Part shown: piece after piece, positions 17,594 through 26,581 of the stretch
Layout: each line of letters opens with the position of its first letter
How positions within the stretch are numbered: position 1 is the stretch's first letter
Virus record (IMG/VR): IMGVR_UViG_2974542590_000001
Span: 91,054 to 155,053 of that record
Direction: 5' to 3' (one strand)
From: a virus
Taxonomy: Duplodnaviria; Heunggongvirae; Uroviricota; Caudoviricetes; Herelleviridae
DNA length: 64,000 bases
Position numbers and translations under genes: made by a program
The notes under the pieces: model-generated
Database searches by the model: none
What the model saw: only the letters and a program-made list of their open reading frames with translations
Told to the model about the DNA's origin: nothing

Positions 17594-18031
17594 ATGAATG
17601 GAGGGGCAATTATGACATATAAAGTGTTACACGGAGAGGACAGTTTAGCGCCTCTGCTATGGACATTTTTTATTAGAGACGGACTATCTGTATCAGAAAC
17701 AGAAAGTTATAAATGTGTTGGTCAACGAGGACTAAATACAGATTATGTTCCACATGAACTAAGCCTTGATACACCTGTTATCTTTTATGAAATGAAGAGT
17801 ACTGTAGTATTTAAATGTGTTAACGGTGTGCAGGAAAAAACACCTTGTTTATTTTTTGATACATCCGAAAAAACTTGTTGTATTACGGAAGAACTATATG
17901 ATATTCTTGAAGAACTATATGGAACTGATATTTATTTCCTAGCTAAAACACTTGACCCAGAATTAGCATTGTCCTCCGTTTATTCAGAAGGTTGGTTATC
18001 TACTTTTATAGAGTTGAGACAGCAGGTTTAG
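17594..18031 (+). CDS. hypothetical protein
   Basis: 145-aa ORF with a GGAGG RBS region. Confidence 0.45.
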   Translation: MNGGAIMTYKVLHGEDSLAPLLWTFFIRDGLSVSETESYKCVGQRGLNTDYVPHELSLDTPVIFYEMKSTVVFKCVNGVQEKTPCLFFDTSEKTCCITEELYDILEELYGTDIYFLAKTLDPELALSSVYSEGWLSTFIELRQQV

Positions 18032-18106
18032 CACACAATAATAAGGAGTGGTTCCTGTGAAGAAAGTATTGTCTAAATTGTAAGTATCTATTAAGGAGGA
18101 CTTACA

Positions 18107-18358
18107 ATGAGTAGAAGTTACAGAAAACCCTATTACCGTTATGTTTGTATGAAGGATTCAACTGTTCGAGACATAAAAAGAATGGTTAACAGAAATTACA
18201 GGCATAAATTAAATCAAGGTCGTTTTGATGACGAAGTAACATTGACACATCATAAACGAGTAGAAGAAACTTGTTGGACGTATGATATGAAAAAATTTTA
18301 TGCTCACGAGGAAGATTACAAGGATAATAATTTTTATCATAAATTGAGAAGAAAGTAG
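18107..18358 (+). CDS. hypothetical basic protein
   Basis: AAGGAGGA RBS. 83 aa, Arg/Lys/Tyr-rich. Confidence 0.5.
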   Translation: MSRSYRKPYYRYVCMKDSTVRDIKRMVNRNYRHKLNQGRFDDEVTLTHHKRVEETCWTYDMKKFYAHEEDYKDNNFYHKLRRK

Positions 18359-18366
18359 GTAATATC

Positions 18367-18588
18367 TTGAAAGCAGATTATGTAGTTGCAGGAGACTGGG
18401 AAGGCATTTATCTTGATGATAAGCTTCAAGTAGAAGGACACAGTATACAAACACCAGATGCAATGAAACTTACTATTGAAAACGAAGTAACGGAGTTAAC
18501 TGTTTACGAGATTGACCAAGAGTATATGGAAGAGCTAGGTTCTCTACCAGAAAGTTTCTCTCAATTAGATTCGTCAAAACTTTTTTAA
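18367..18588 (+). CDS. hypothetical acidic protein
   Basis: 73-aa ORF, start uncertain. Confidence 0.4.
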   Translation: MKADYVVAGDWEGIYLDDKLQVEGHSIQTPDAMKLTIENEVTELTVYEIDQEYMEELGSLPESFSQLDSSKLF

Positions 18589-18599
18589 ATAAATTTATA

Positions 18600-18635
18600 T
18601 GTAAGTGTTGACTTTCCTTACAAGATGCTGTATAG
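18600..18635 (+). promoter_or_regulatory. phage promoter GTGTTGACTT-N17-TATAGT upstream of tnpB
   Basis: gtgttgactttccttacaagatgctgtatagtaattc. Confidence 0.5.
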
Positions 18636-18808
18636 TAATTCTTGTAAGGAACACATGATGGTGACTGTAGCCTAATGGTAAGGCAGTGTTCTGTGGAAAG
18701 AAATGTTCTGGTCTAAAAATTTTTGTCTTTTGACAACCGGCGGTGCACCCATCGGCGTCATAAAGAAATATATTCAGAATCAAGGGAACAATCATAAATA
18801 GAAAGCAG

Positions 18809-19960
18809 GTGAGCCTTATGGAACGACTAAAAGCATACAAATTCAGAATCTATCCAACAGAAGAACAAGAAATATTCTTTGCCAAATCTTTTGGTTGTGT
18901 CCGTAAGGTCTACAATCTAATGCTTGATGACCGAATGAAAACTTATGAAGAAACGAAGAATGACCCCTCTAAAAAAATGAGTTTTCCAACACCTGCGAAA
19001 TATAAAAATGATTTTCCGTTTTTGAAAGAAGTGGACAGTCTTGCTCTAGCCAATGCCCAACTTAATTTAGATAAAGCATATAAGAATTTCTTTCGAGATA
19101 AATCCGTTGGATTTCCTCGATTCAAAAGTAAGAAGAATCCAGTTCAAAGTTATACGACTAATAATCAAAATGGAACAATTGCTTTGATTGATAATAAATT
19201 TATCAAAATTCCTAAGTTGAAGTCACTAGTTAGAATCAAACTTCATAGACAGCCTAAAGGAATCATTAAGTCAGCTACAATATCACGTCATTCAAGTGGT
19301 AAATATTATATTTCCTTATTGTGTAAAGAAGAAATTATAGAATTACCTAAAACTAATTCTACAATTGGTATTGACTTAGGTATTATGGACTTTGCGATTC
19401 TTTCTGACGGACAAAAAATTGATAATAATAAATTCACGTCCAAAATGGAAAAGAAATTGAAACGTGAACAACGTAAGTTGTCTAGACGAGCTTTGGTAGC
19501 TAAAAAGAAAGGCGTAAACCTTTCTGAAGCTAAAAACTACCAAAAACAAAAACGTAAAGTCGCTCGTTTACACGAAAAAGTAGTGAATCAACGTACTGAT
19601 TTTCTGAATAAGTTGAGTACAGAAATTATCAAAAACCACGATATTATCTGTATTGAAGACTTAAACACAAAAGGTATGTTGCGTAATCATAAATTAGCAA
19701 AAAGTATTTCTGATGTGTCTTGGTCTAGTTTTGTAACTAAATTACAATACAAGGCTGACTGGTATGGACGAAAAATCATTAAAGTAGATAAATGGTTTCC
19801 ATCAAGTCAAATTTGTTCAGAATGTGGACATAAAGATGGCAAGAAATCTCTCGAAATTCGAGAATGGACTTGTCCTATTTGCCATACCCGACATGACCGA
19901 GACATCAACGCTAGTATAAACATTCTGAACGAAGGTCTACGAATACAATCACTAGTTTAG
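18809..19960 (+). CDS. tnpB: TnpB (IS200/IS605-family OrfB, RNA-guided RuvC nuclease)
   Basis: N-terminus MERLKAYKFRIYPTEEQE. C-terminal zinc finger CSECGHKDG...CPICHTRHDRDINASINIL (RuvC-III). GAGCC RBS. No tnpA nearby. Confidence 0.8.
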   Translation: MSLMERLKAYKFRIYPTEEQEIFFAKSFGCVRKVYNLMLDDRMKTYEETKNDPSKKMSFPTPAKYKNDFPFLKEVDSLALANAQLNLDKAYKNFFRDKSVGFPRFKSKKNPVQSYTTNNQNGTIALIDNKFIKIPKLKSLVRIKLHRQPKGIIKSATISRHSSGKYYISLLCKEEIIELPKTNSTIGIDLGIMDFAILSDGQKIDNNKFTSKMEKKLKREQRKLSRRALVAKKKGVNLSEAKNYQKQKRKVARLHEKVVNQRTDFLNKLSTEIIKNHDIICIEDLNTKGMLRNHKLAKSISDVSWSSFVTKLQYKADWYGRKIIKVDKWFPSSQICSECGHKDGKKSLEIREWTCPICHTRHDRDINASINILNEGLRIQSLV

Positions 19961-20160
19961 ATAAAAACAATAACCGTAGGAACTACGGGGATAGCTTGGT
20001 AAATAAGAGACACCGCTGTTAGTAAAAAAATAAACTATCAAGTATGCTCTATTCCCAAGAAGCTCCCACTTCAAGCGTAAGAAACCGCTAGGTTTAGCTA
20101 AGTGGTGAGTAGTTCACCCCATTCATAAGAAAAATGTTGATATATAAAGTGGTATTTTTT
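19930..20160 (+). ncRNA. expected omega-RNA / right-end region of the TnpB element (boundaries undefined)
   Basis: Placed by inference from TnpB-system architecture: the guide RNA scaffold overlaps the 3' end of tnpB and the right end. The sequence here is ORF-free and structured. Confidence 0.25.
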
Positions 20161-20449
20161 CAGAAGTGGGAAATCATAAATAATCTAGTTCACAAAGTGA
20201 TTATGTGGGTATGGCGGAATTGGTATATGATGTGAACTTCTCAGTTCAAGTCTGGGTGGAGGTATTACACATATAAAATAAAGTGCGAGGTCAATCATAT
20301 CATTACGATAGTGGATTGAATGATTAGGGTAAAAGACTAACAATCTCCTAATCTAAGAATAGGTAAGTTCCGTTAAATGTCACCCGTGTCCGTCTAAGTA
20401 CGTAAGGTAGAAGTTACACAAAGACAACTTTATTTTATTGGTTCCTTAG

Positions 20450-20515
20450 TGTAGTGGTTATCACATCGCCCTGTCACGGCGAAGATCACAGATTAAATTC
20501 CCGTCAGTTCCATAG
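20450..20515 (+). pseudogene. degenerate tRNA-Asp (GTC)
   Basis: 5' two-thirds is canonical (GGTTCCTTAGTGTAGTGGTTATCACATCGCCCTGTCACGGCGAAG). The T arm (CACAG-ATTAAAT-TCCCG) and 3' acceptor (CAGTTCC instead of AGGAACC) are not. Confidence 0.4.
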
Positions 20516-20644
20516 TCACTGTGGCGGAATAGGTAGACGTATAAGTAGCCAATACTAAAAACGTAGGGTATTTGGAGCTTATTTGAGGGATAGATAGGCG
20601 ACGGCTCGTTCCCAACTGCAAGGTGCAAATCCTTGCCAGTGACA
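20515..20644 (+). ncRNA. tRNA-like gene (Leu-like 5' end GTCACTGTGGCGGAATAGGTAGACG) with ~60-nt internal insertion
   Basis: Perfect acceptor GTCACTG/CAGTGAC and T arm CAAGG-TGCAAAT-CCTTG. The interior is far longer than any variable arm. Confidence 0.3.
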
Positions 20645-20807
20645 TAGACTGCCTTTGTCAAGCAGTCGAATCTTAACTAATTTTTTCACTAAATAAATAT
20701 CGAATTGTGGCTGATTTCTACGGATTCAGAGCGGAGCATCCCCGCAGGTTGGGCATACTACAGTCCCCCCATGATGCTTCATGGGTTATACATAGTTAGG
20801 GGGTAAC

Positions 20808-20993
20808 ATGATGTATTTAAAATTCATTGGTTTAAACGGAAGTTTAGGTTTAGTGAAGGACAAGACATACTTTGTTACCTCTGAGATAAATGAACATTAT
20901 ATTATTTTGAGAATACATGGTGTTCACGGTAGGACAGTAATGTGTCCGTACGAAGCATTAGAAAAAGTGTTAGAAAATTGGCAGGTCTGTTAG
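20808..20993 (+). CDS. hypothetical small protein
   Basis: 61-aa ORF after a GGGGG RBS. Confidence 0.4.
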   Translation: MMYLKFIGLNGSLGLVKDKTYFVTSEINEHYIILRIHGVHGRTVMCPYEALEKVLENWQVC

Positions 20994-21088
20994 TATGCAG
21001 ATAGTAGGGTGTGCATAAAGCCTAGGGAACAATATGCACAGAAGATTAGGTATTGTGTACTTGACACAAACCCGCCTGCTCCCGAGAC

Positions 21089-21175
21089 GGAAGGTTACTC
21101 AAACGGTAAAGAGGCTTGGTTGGAAACCAAGTAGATGTGTAACAGCATGTGTGGGTTCGAATCCCATGCCTTCCA
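21089..21175 (+). tRNA. tRNA-Ser (anticodon GGA), type II
   Basis: Acceptor GGAAGGT/GCCTTCC, anticodon stem CTTGG/CCAAG with loop TTGGAAA, long variable arm, T arm GTGGG-TTCGAAT-CCCAT. Confidence 0.6.
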
Positions 21176-21193
21176 TAGAACATGTAAGGAGAG

Positions 21194-21454
21194 ATGGACA
21201 TGAGCTTTATGACTGAACATTTAGCAACCATAGCTAGTAACATTGAAAAAGAAGCATTTGAAAAAGAAATTGAAGCTTCTAAACAAAAGCAAGCAGTAAT
21301 TAAACGAGCTAACCGTAAATTTAATTATGTTGAACCTTGTAAGATTGACTTTACACCATATAAAGGGAATGTACGTAAGTTTAAATCGGTTAGACATAGA
21401 AAATCACCTATTATTAGTAAACGACTAGCATTAAATCTAGTTTGGTTTTGGTAA
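21194..21454 (+). CDS. hypothetical protein
   Basis: AAGGAGAG RBS. 86 aa. Confidence 0.5.
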   Translation: MDMSFMTEHLATIASNIEKEAFEKEIEASKQKQAVIKRANRKFNYVEPCKIDFTPYKGNVRKFKSVRHRKSPIISKRLALNLVWFW

Positions 21455-21565
21455 GTTGTTTATCTAAAAACCTAAATAATAACTACTAAAGCTGTTTAAA
21501 GAGTTCGGTTTAAGTAGTTCCGGTTGGCTAGTCAACTAACAGTACTAGTCAATCAGTTTCTTTTT

Positions 21566-21625
21566 CGGGGAGTATCATAAGTAGACGTGTAAAAGCGTTT
21601 GGGGGTTCGAGTCCCGCCTCCTCGG
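21566..21625 (+). ncRNA. 60-nt armless tRNA-like minihelix
   Basis: Acceptor CGGGGAG/CTCCTCG and T arm GGGGG-TTCGAGT-CCCGC, with only ~25 nt between them. Confidence 0.25.
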
Positions 21626-21651
21626 TTCATTAAAGATAATGGAGGCTAATC

Positions 21652-22020
21652 ATGAGTTTTCGTAAAGGTAAACACAAGGAGCCTTCTAAGTGGCAAAGAT
21701 TTATTAAATCAATCATGGAAGTAGAAGGTGAAAACATGGAGGACACATTGTTTGAAAAAGCTTTTGATTCTTGGAAAGCAGGAGATAAGAGTGAAGAAGT
21801 ACAACGAGTTTTACTAGATTCTGGTTTAGAACAGTATAAAACTGGTGGTAAATATAATGTGGATGCTGTTAGAGAAATCTGTGAGAAAGCCCATAAAGGT
21901 GAGACTGTTTACAGGAAAGACAAGCATATCTTACAAGATTTCTATGAATGTTTAGAATGGGAAAACTTCCATACTGAAATTGAAGCAATTGAATTGTTTA
22001 CAGGAGTATCCTATATATAG
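21652..22020 (+). CDS. hypothetical protein
   Basis: GGAGG RBS. 122 aa. Confidence 0.5.
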   Translation: MSFRKGKHKEPSKWQRFIKSIMEVEGENMEDTLFEKAFDSWKAGDKSEEVQRVLLDSGLEQYKTGGKYNVDAVREICEKAHKGETVYRKDKHILQDFYECLEWENFHTEIEAIELFTGVSYI

Positions 22021-22049
22021 CCATATTTATAAATTAGGGGGTAATTGTT

Positions 22050-22214
22050 ATGAAATACACAGTTAAAAAAGGTGACACATTGTATTCTATTGCTAGAAAA
22101 TATTATGGCAAGCCTTGGTTATGGAGACTAATTTGGTTACATGGTCAGAATAGAAGTATTAAAGACCCTAATAAAATTAGAATTGGTCAAACAATTTATA
22201 TTCCGTTTAAGTAA
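22050..22214 (+). CDS. small LysM-domain protein (54 aa)
   Basis: Below the ORF-track length threshold. MKYTVKKGDTLYSIARKYYGKPWLWRLIWLHGQNRSIKDPNKIRIGQTIYIPFK. GGGGG RBS. Confidence 0.5.
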   Translation: MKYTVKKGDTLYSIARKYYGKPWLWRLIWLHGQNRSIKDPNKIRIGQTIYIPFK

Positions 22215-22222
22215 GTATATCT

Positions 22223-22281
22223 CCGTAGGCTAATCTATCCAATAGGACAGTGTTATACGGGTTCGATTCCCGTCTTGCGGG
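22223..22281 (+). ncRNA. 59-nt armless tRNA-like minihelix
   Basis: Acceptor CCGTAGG/CTTGCGG and T arm ACGGG-TTCGATT-CCCGT around a single CTAT/ATAG hairpin. Confidence 0.25.
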
Positions 22282-22394
22282 TTGCCCCTGCGGGTGGCTG
22301 AATGGTTAAAGCACACTGTCCCGAATGGATAAATTAAAAAAACTTACAAATAGTTGTTGACAGTATGTAAGTTTGTGTTATAATATATACATAC

Positions 22395-22512
22395 TTATAC
22401 GGGGAGTTATACCGTAAGTAGTAGCGGGGCTGACTGTAAATCAGTTGCGAAAGCTCGGGTGGTGCAACTCCATCACTCCCCATTAAAATAAAATGACCGG
22501 AGGTCACATAAC
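22395..22512 (+). ncRNA. structured 5' leader closed by GGGGAGT...ACTCCCC
   Basis: Lies downstream of the TTGACA-N17-TGTTATAAT promoter at ~22360 and upstream of the CDS at 22513. Confidence 0.3.
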
Positions 22513-22737
22513 ATGTCTAAATTTTATGGAATTATTTCAACAACTTCTACTCGTACAGAAGAGTACGAACAAAAGTTAAAAAACGGAAAGACAGTTAAGA
22601 AAACTCGTGAAATTACTGTGCCAAAAGAAGTTACAGTACAGTCTTCTCAACCAGACCGTTTAGGTGCTCGTAAAGAGCTAGAAGCTTTTGCACGTAAATG
22701 CAAAGGTACTGTTAAATATATTGGAGCTTTTAAATAA
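22513..22737 (+). CDS. hypothetical basic protein
   Basis: GGAGG RBS. 74 aa. Confidence 0.5.
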   Translation: MSKFYGIISTTSTRTEEYEQKLKNGKTVKKTREITVPKEVTVQSSQPDRLGARKELEAFARKCKGTVKYIGAFK

Positions 22738-23009
22738 GTTTCAATATATTTAAATTAATACTTGACAGTTTAAATAGCTTATGCTATTATAATGACAAGT
22801 TAAACGGTGGCCGCTAAACCGAATGTTTAACTGTCGGTTATTTGAAACTCATTCTTAATTGAATGGGTTTTTTATTTATAAAAGGTGTTGACTTACATAA
22901 TATTACATGTTATAGTTATGTTAGACAAAACATTACCATACAAAGGAGAAATGTCAGATACCATTTCTAGACAACCTAAAAGAAGAAACAACTGTTGGAC
23001 ATACAGAAA

Positions 23010-23168
23010 ATGAAGCGGTTTGACGAAGGTGATGTTGCGTTAGTATCTGGGTTCTCCACAAACATCTTAACACAAGTGTTGGGCGGAGAAATTACTTCCC
23101 CAGAAGAAATGATGTTGTCTGTGTTAAATAAACCAGAATACGACTTTGTAAAAGAAGCACTTAAATAA
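23010..23168 (+). CDS. small hypothetical protein (52 aa)
   Basis: Starts MKRFDEGDVALVSGF.... Preceded by the promoter at ~22880. Weak. Confidence 0.3.
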   Translation: MKRFDEGDVALVSGFSTNILTQVLGGEITSPEEMMLSVLNKPEYDFVKEALK

Positions 23169-23211
23169 TCTGTTTGCCCTAGGATTTCCTAGGGCTGTAG
23201 TTACATATAGA

Positions 23212-23442
23212 ATGGAGGGGAGAATCGTGGAAAGCAAGCCAAAGCCCTTGGTGCTGAAACGTGTTCGTGAAGAAAAGCATGAATCCTTGCGTTCTGTAGC
23301 TAAAAAACTAGGTGTACACTGGTCAACTGTATCCTATTGGGAGCACGGAATCAAAAAACCCAGAGCAAATAATCAAGCTAAATTAGCTCGGATTTTTGAT
23401 ATGCCTGCGGACAAGCTATTAGAACCTGATGACAAAAACTGA
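23212..23442 (+). CDS. XRE-family HTH transcriptional regulator
   Basis: HTH ..LRSVAKKLGVHWSTVSYWEHG... An alternative GTG start at 23227 has a better GGAGGGGAG RBS. Confidence 0.55.
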   Translation: MEGRIVESKPKPLVLKRVREEKHESLRSVAKKLGVHWSTVSYWEHGIKKPRANNQAKLARIFDMPADKLLEPDDKN

Positions 23443-23535
23443 TTGCCAAATATTTTTTGGCAATTTTTTGTAAGATAGGTGTTGACTTTTATAATATGTA
23501 ATGATATACTTTGAGTATAGTAAAGAAAGGGAGAG

Positions 23536-23847
23536 ATGGTCATGAGACTAACAACTACAGAAGTAAAAGAAAAAGAATTAGAGCGCAACTTTAAGGAATA
23601 CAAACGTGTTCAGGAATTGCTTGATTCTTTAAACGAGCAAAGAGATGAACTTAGAAAAGAAATTCTTGAACAAATGATTCAACTTAAGAAAACAAAAGTT
23701 GAATCTCAATACGGAACATTCAAACTTATTAGCGCCTATGAACGCATTGGTGTAGACCGAAATACCCTAGAAAAATGTTATCCTAATGTATTTAAAAAGG
23801 TTAAGAAAATCACTGAGGTAAGTCAAAGCATTCAATATAAAAAATAA
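23536..23847 (+). CDS. hypothetical coiled-coil protein
   Basis: GGGAGAG RBS. 103 aa. Confidence 0.5.
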   Translation: MVMRLTTTEVKEKELERNFKEYKRVQELLDSLNEQRDELRKEILEQMIQLKKTKVESQYGTFKLISAYERIGVDRNTLEKCYPNVFKKVKKITEVSQSIQYKK

Positions 23848-23865
23848 TTAAGGGAGAGATGACAG

Positions 23866-24696
23866 GTGTCTAAAGAAAAGAAGCAAGATAAAGCAGTAAA
23901 ACAGGTCTATGAAACAGCAGACTTGTCTAAATTCAAACAACTAAAAGGAAATAGACCAGTTAAAATTTCTAAGGCTTTACAAGACTCAATTGCGAAACGT
24001 GGGGTTCTTACTGAGATTAAAGTAAATCGAAAGATGGAAGTTATTGACGGACAACACCGTTTAGCTGTAGCTCGTGAACTTGGGTTACCCATTACTTATA
24101 CGTTCGATGACAGTGACATTGACGTTGCAGAATTGAATAGTACAAGTAAATCATGGAAGGTCGAAGACTACATCCATAAGTATGCCGAATCAGGATACCA
24201 AAGTTATAAACAACTATTGAACTTGATGTCCACGTATCCGGCATTACGGGTGTCCTCTACTATTGCTACTGCGTTAGGCTATAGTAGTACAGCAGGAAGA
24301 AAAACAGATGTTGTACGTGATGGTGCGTTCCGTTTTCGTAACTATAAAGAATATGTCAAGTTTGCTCAGTCATATCAAAAGTTTATTGATTCAACAGATT
24401 TTAGGTCAAACACACAGTTGCAGGGAGTTTATTTCTTGTTATATACGCTAGACTCATTTAATGCAGAGCGTTTCACTAAGAAAGTTATTGCACATGACCT
24501 TGCTAGTAAACTAGTAGGGGTGACTTCTTTCCCTCGATTGTTCCGAGCATTTTTAGATGTTAACAATAATCGTTTGAAACCGAAGTCTCCTTACTGGATT
24601 TCCGTGGTAACGAATGAACTTGGGGAAGCTGTTATTTCTGGAAAGTTCAATAATAAACTTCTTGAAGCTATGCCTAAAATTAAATTAAAAGATTAA
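23866..24696 (+). CDS. ParB-like nuclease domain protein
   Basis: ParB/Srx-fold motif ..NRKMEVIDGQHRLAVARELG... Confidence 0.55.
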   Translation: MSKEKKQDKAVKQVYETADLSKFKQLKGNRPVKISKALQDSIAKRGVLTEIKVNRKMEVIDGQHRLAVARELGLPITYTFDDSDIDVAELNSTSKSWKVEDYIHKYAESGYQSYKQLLNLMSTYPALRVSSTIATALGYSSTAGRKTDVVRDGAFRFRNYKEYVKFAQSYQKFIDSTDFRSNTQLQGVYFLLYTLDSFNAERFTKKVIAHDLASKLVGVTSFPRLFRAFLDVNNNRLKPKSPYWISVVTNELGEAVISGKFNNKLLEAMPKIKLKD

Positions 24697-24707
24697 GAGG
24701 TGTAACT

Positions 24708-24977
24708 GTGGCAATTAAGAATAAAATCGGAGCTTATACAACTGAGGATGGTACAGTCAAGGTGCAAATGTCAGGTAGTCGAGAAGAACTACTAGGGCTT
24801 CTAGCTGTACTGAATGCAAAGTTCTTACTTGATGCGACATCTAGTGCCGAAGAGTACCGTAGAGCTTTTGAAAGACTACAAGTTGAGACTGGTAACAAGT
24901 ACTTAATGTTTAAGACAGATGAGTACAAACACAAGAAACCAGATAACGGAGAGGACTTCTTAGGGGAGCTAATCTGA
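24708..24977 (+). CDS. hypothetical protein
   Basis: 89-aa ORF after a GAGGTG RBS. Confidence 0.45.
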   Translation: MAIKNKIGAYTTEDGTVKVQMSGSREELLGLLAVLNAKFLLDATSSAEEYRRAFERLQVETGNKYLMFKTDEYKHKKPDNGEDFLGELI

Positions 24978-25126
24978 GAAAAAATTAATCAATTTGTAAT
25001 ATTTGTTGAAAAAGACTACAACTTAGTTTGTAGTCTTTTATTTTTTGTTAACAATTACATCTTGTAATGTAAGTATTGTTATGCTATACTAAATATACTA
25101 GATATTGTAAGAAAGGCGGAGTTTAA

Positions 25127-25657
25127 GTGCAAGCAACACAAGATGTAGATGTTAAGACAAAACAGATTTTTGTAGTTAAACGAGACGGAAGAACTGTCAA
25201 GTTTAATGAAGGAAGGATTGTACGTGCCGTAGGACGAGCTGAGAAGGATGCTACGGGCGCTAAAACAGATTTAGGAGAGATTATAGCTGAACGTGTTAAA
25301 CGCTTTGTAGTGAAGCATTACAGCGATACAGGACGTGTCGATATTGCAAAACTCCAAAGTATTGTAGAGCAGGAATTAATGAAATCTTTTGCTAAAAACG
25401 TAGCTAGAAACTATATTGAGTTTCGTTCTTTACGTGATGCTGAACGGGAGCAGGAAACAAACATTAACGTACGCTTGAAAAAATTACAAGAACGAGATAA
25501 GACAATTGTTAATGAAAATGCAAATAAAGACTCTCGTACATTTTCCACGCAACGAGATTTAACAGCAGGTACAGTAGCAAAGGCTGAGGGATTGAATATG
25601 CTACCGAAACATGTAGCTAACGCCCATTTAAAAGGGGATATCCATTTCCATAAGTAA
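25127..25657 (+). CDS. nrdD: anaerobic ribonucleoside-triphosphate reductase NrdD, exon 1 (ATP-cone)
   Basis: GTG start. ATP-cone ..IFVVKRDGRTVKFNEGRIVRAV... The ORF closes ..GDIHFHK* at the intron. Confidence 0.65.
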   Translation: MQATQDVDVKTKQIFVVKRDGRTVKFNEGRIVRAVGRAEKDATGAKTDLGEIIAERVKRFVVKHYSDTGRVDIAKLQSIVEQELMKSFAKNVARNYIEFRSLRDAEREQETNINVRLKKLQERDKTIVNENANKDSRTFSTQRDLTAGTVAKAEGLNMLPKHVANAHLKGDIHFHK

Positions 25658-26581
25658 TTGTGGCTTTCTATGGTAACATAGATTGAAAAACTACGTGAAC
25701 CTAGAAATCTAGGGTGTATAGTCTACGTAAAGGAGTACTAGGAAATGAGTACTAGAGACTATGCTAACAGGGAAATCTTAGAAAGACAATCCTGTGCCAA
25801 GCACAACCTCTATGTTATTCACTAGAAAGGCTGTGATAACATGAGACAACAACAAATGTATAACTATATTGTTTATGAGAATGGAGACGTATTCTCGCTA
25901 AAAAGGAACATATTCCTAAAACGCTTAATCGACAGCCACGGTTACTTTTATTACAGACTATATAATAACGGAAAGTCTGAGCATTGGTTTGAGCATAAGC
26001 TAATTGCAATTCACTTCATTCCAAAAATCAAAGGTAAAAATTTCGTTAATCATATAGACGGAAACAAACGTAACAATAGCATTTCAAATTTAGAGTGGGT
26101 AACAATACAAGAAAATAATCTCCATGCTCGAAAAACAGGTTTAAACAACGTCAGCAAATCAAACAGAGAGCGATGTAAGAATGAAGAATTTCAAAAACGT
26201 GTCTCAGAAAAGATATCAAGTACTAGGAAAGAAAGACAACTATGCGTTGGACGAAAAAATCCAAACACAAAAATTGATTTAATGTATCAAGGTAGCTTAT
26301 ATACCATAACAGAGTTGTCCACTCTTCTAGGAATCCCCCTTAGTACACTAAGCTCAATGAAGCGCAGTTTAAAAAGAGGCTTAATGCCTGAACGTTGTAA
26401 GAAATTAGGTATAACATATATAGGTTGTGAAGGTTAATCGACTATCGAAAACAGAACCTTTGTCGAGAGGACATAGGGGAGTAAGTGAGTAGAGTACCTA
26501 TTAGGTGAAACTCCTAGTGGGGAAGTGCGTAGGCACTTTAGATAACGCTAAAGTGTATGATATAGTCAGGCAGGTAAACTT
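25658..26581 (+). mobile_element. group I intron in nrdD carrying an HNH homing endonuclease
   Basis: Core-like blocks CAATCCTGTGCCAAGC (25785-25800) and ..ATAACGCTAAAGTGTATGATATAGTCAGG (26540-26570). Boundaries approximate. Confidence 0.55.
25841..26437 (+). CDS. HNH homing endonuclease (intron-encoded)
   Basis: ..FVNHIDGNKRNNSISNLEWVT.. is an HNH_3-type motif. The Lys/Arg-rich C-terminus is a likely DNA-binding region. Confidence 0.6.
   Translation: MRQQQMYNYIVYENGDVFSLKRNIFLKRLIDSHGYFYYRLYNNGKSEHWFEHKLIAIHFIPKIKGKNFVNHIDGNKRNNSISNLEWVTIQENNLHARKTGLNNVSKSNRERCKNEEFQKRVSEKISSTRKERQLCVGRKNPNTKIDLMYQGSLYTITELSTLLGIPLSTLSSMKRSLKRGLMPERCKKLGITYIGCEG

Noticed and set aside
20700-20800. GC-rich segment ..cagagcggagcatccccgcaggttgggcatactacagtcccccc.. 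as a possible tRNA
   Set aside because: No T-loop or acceptor pairing could be folded. It is probably the 5' leader of the 20808 gene.
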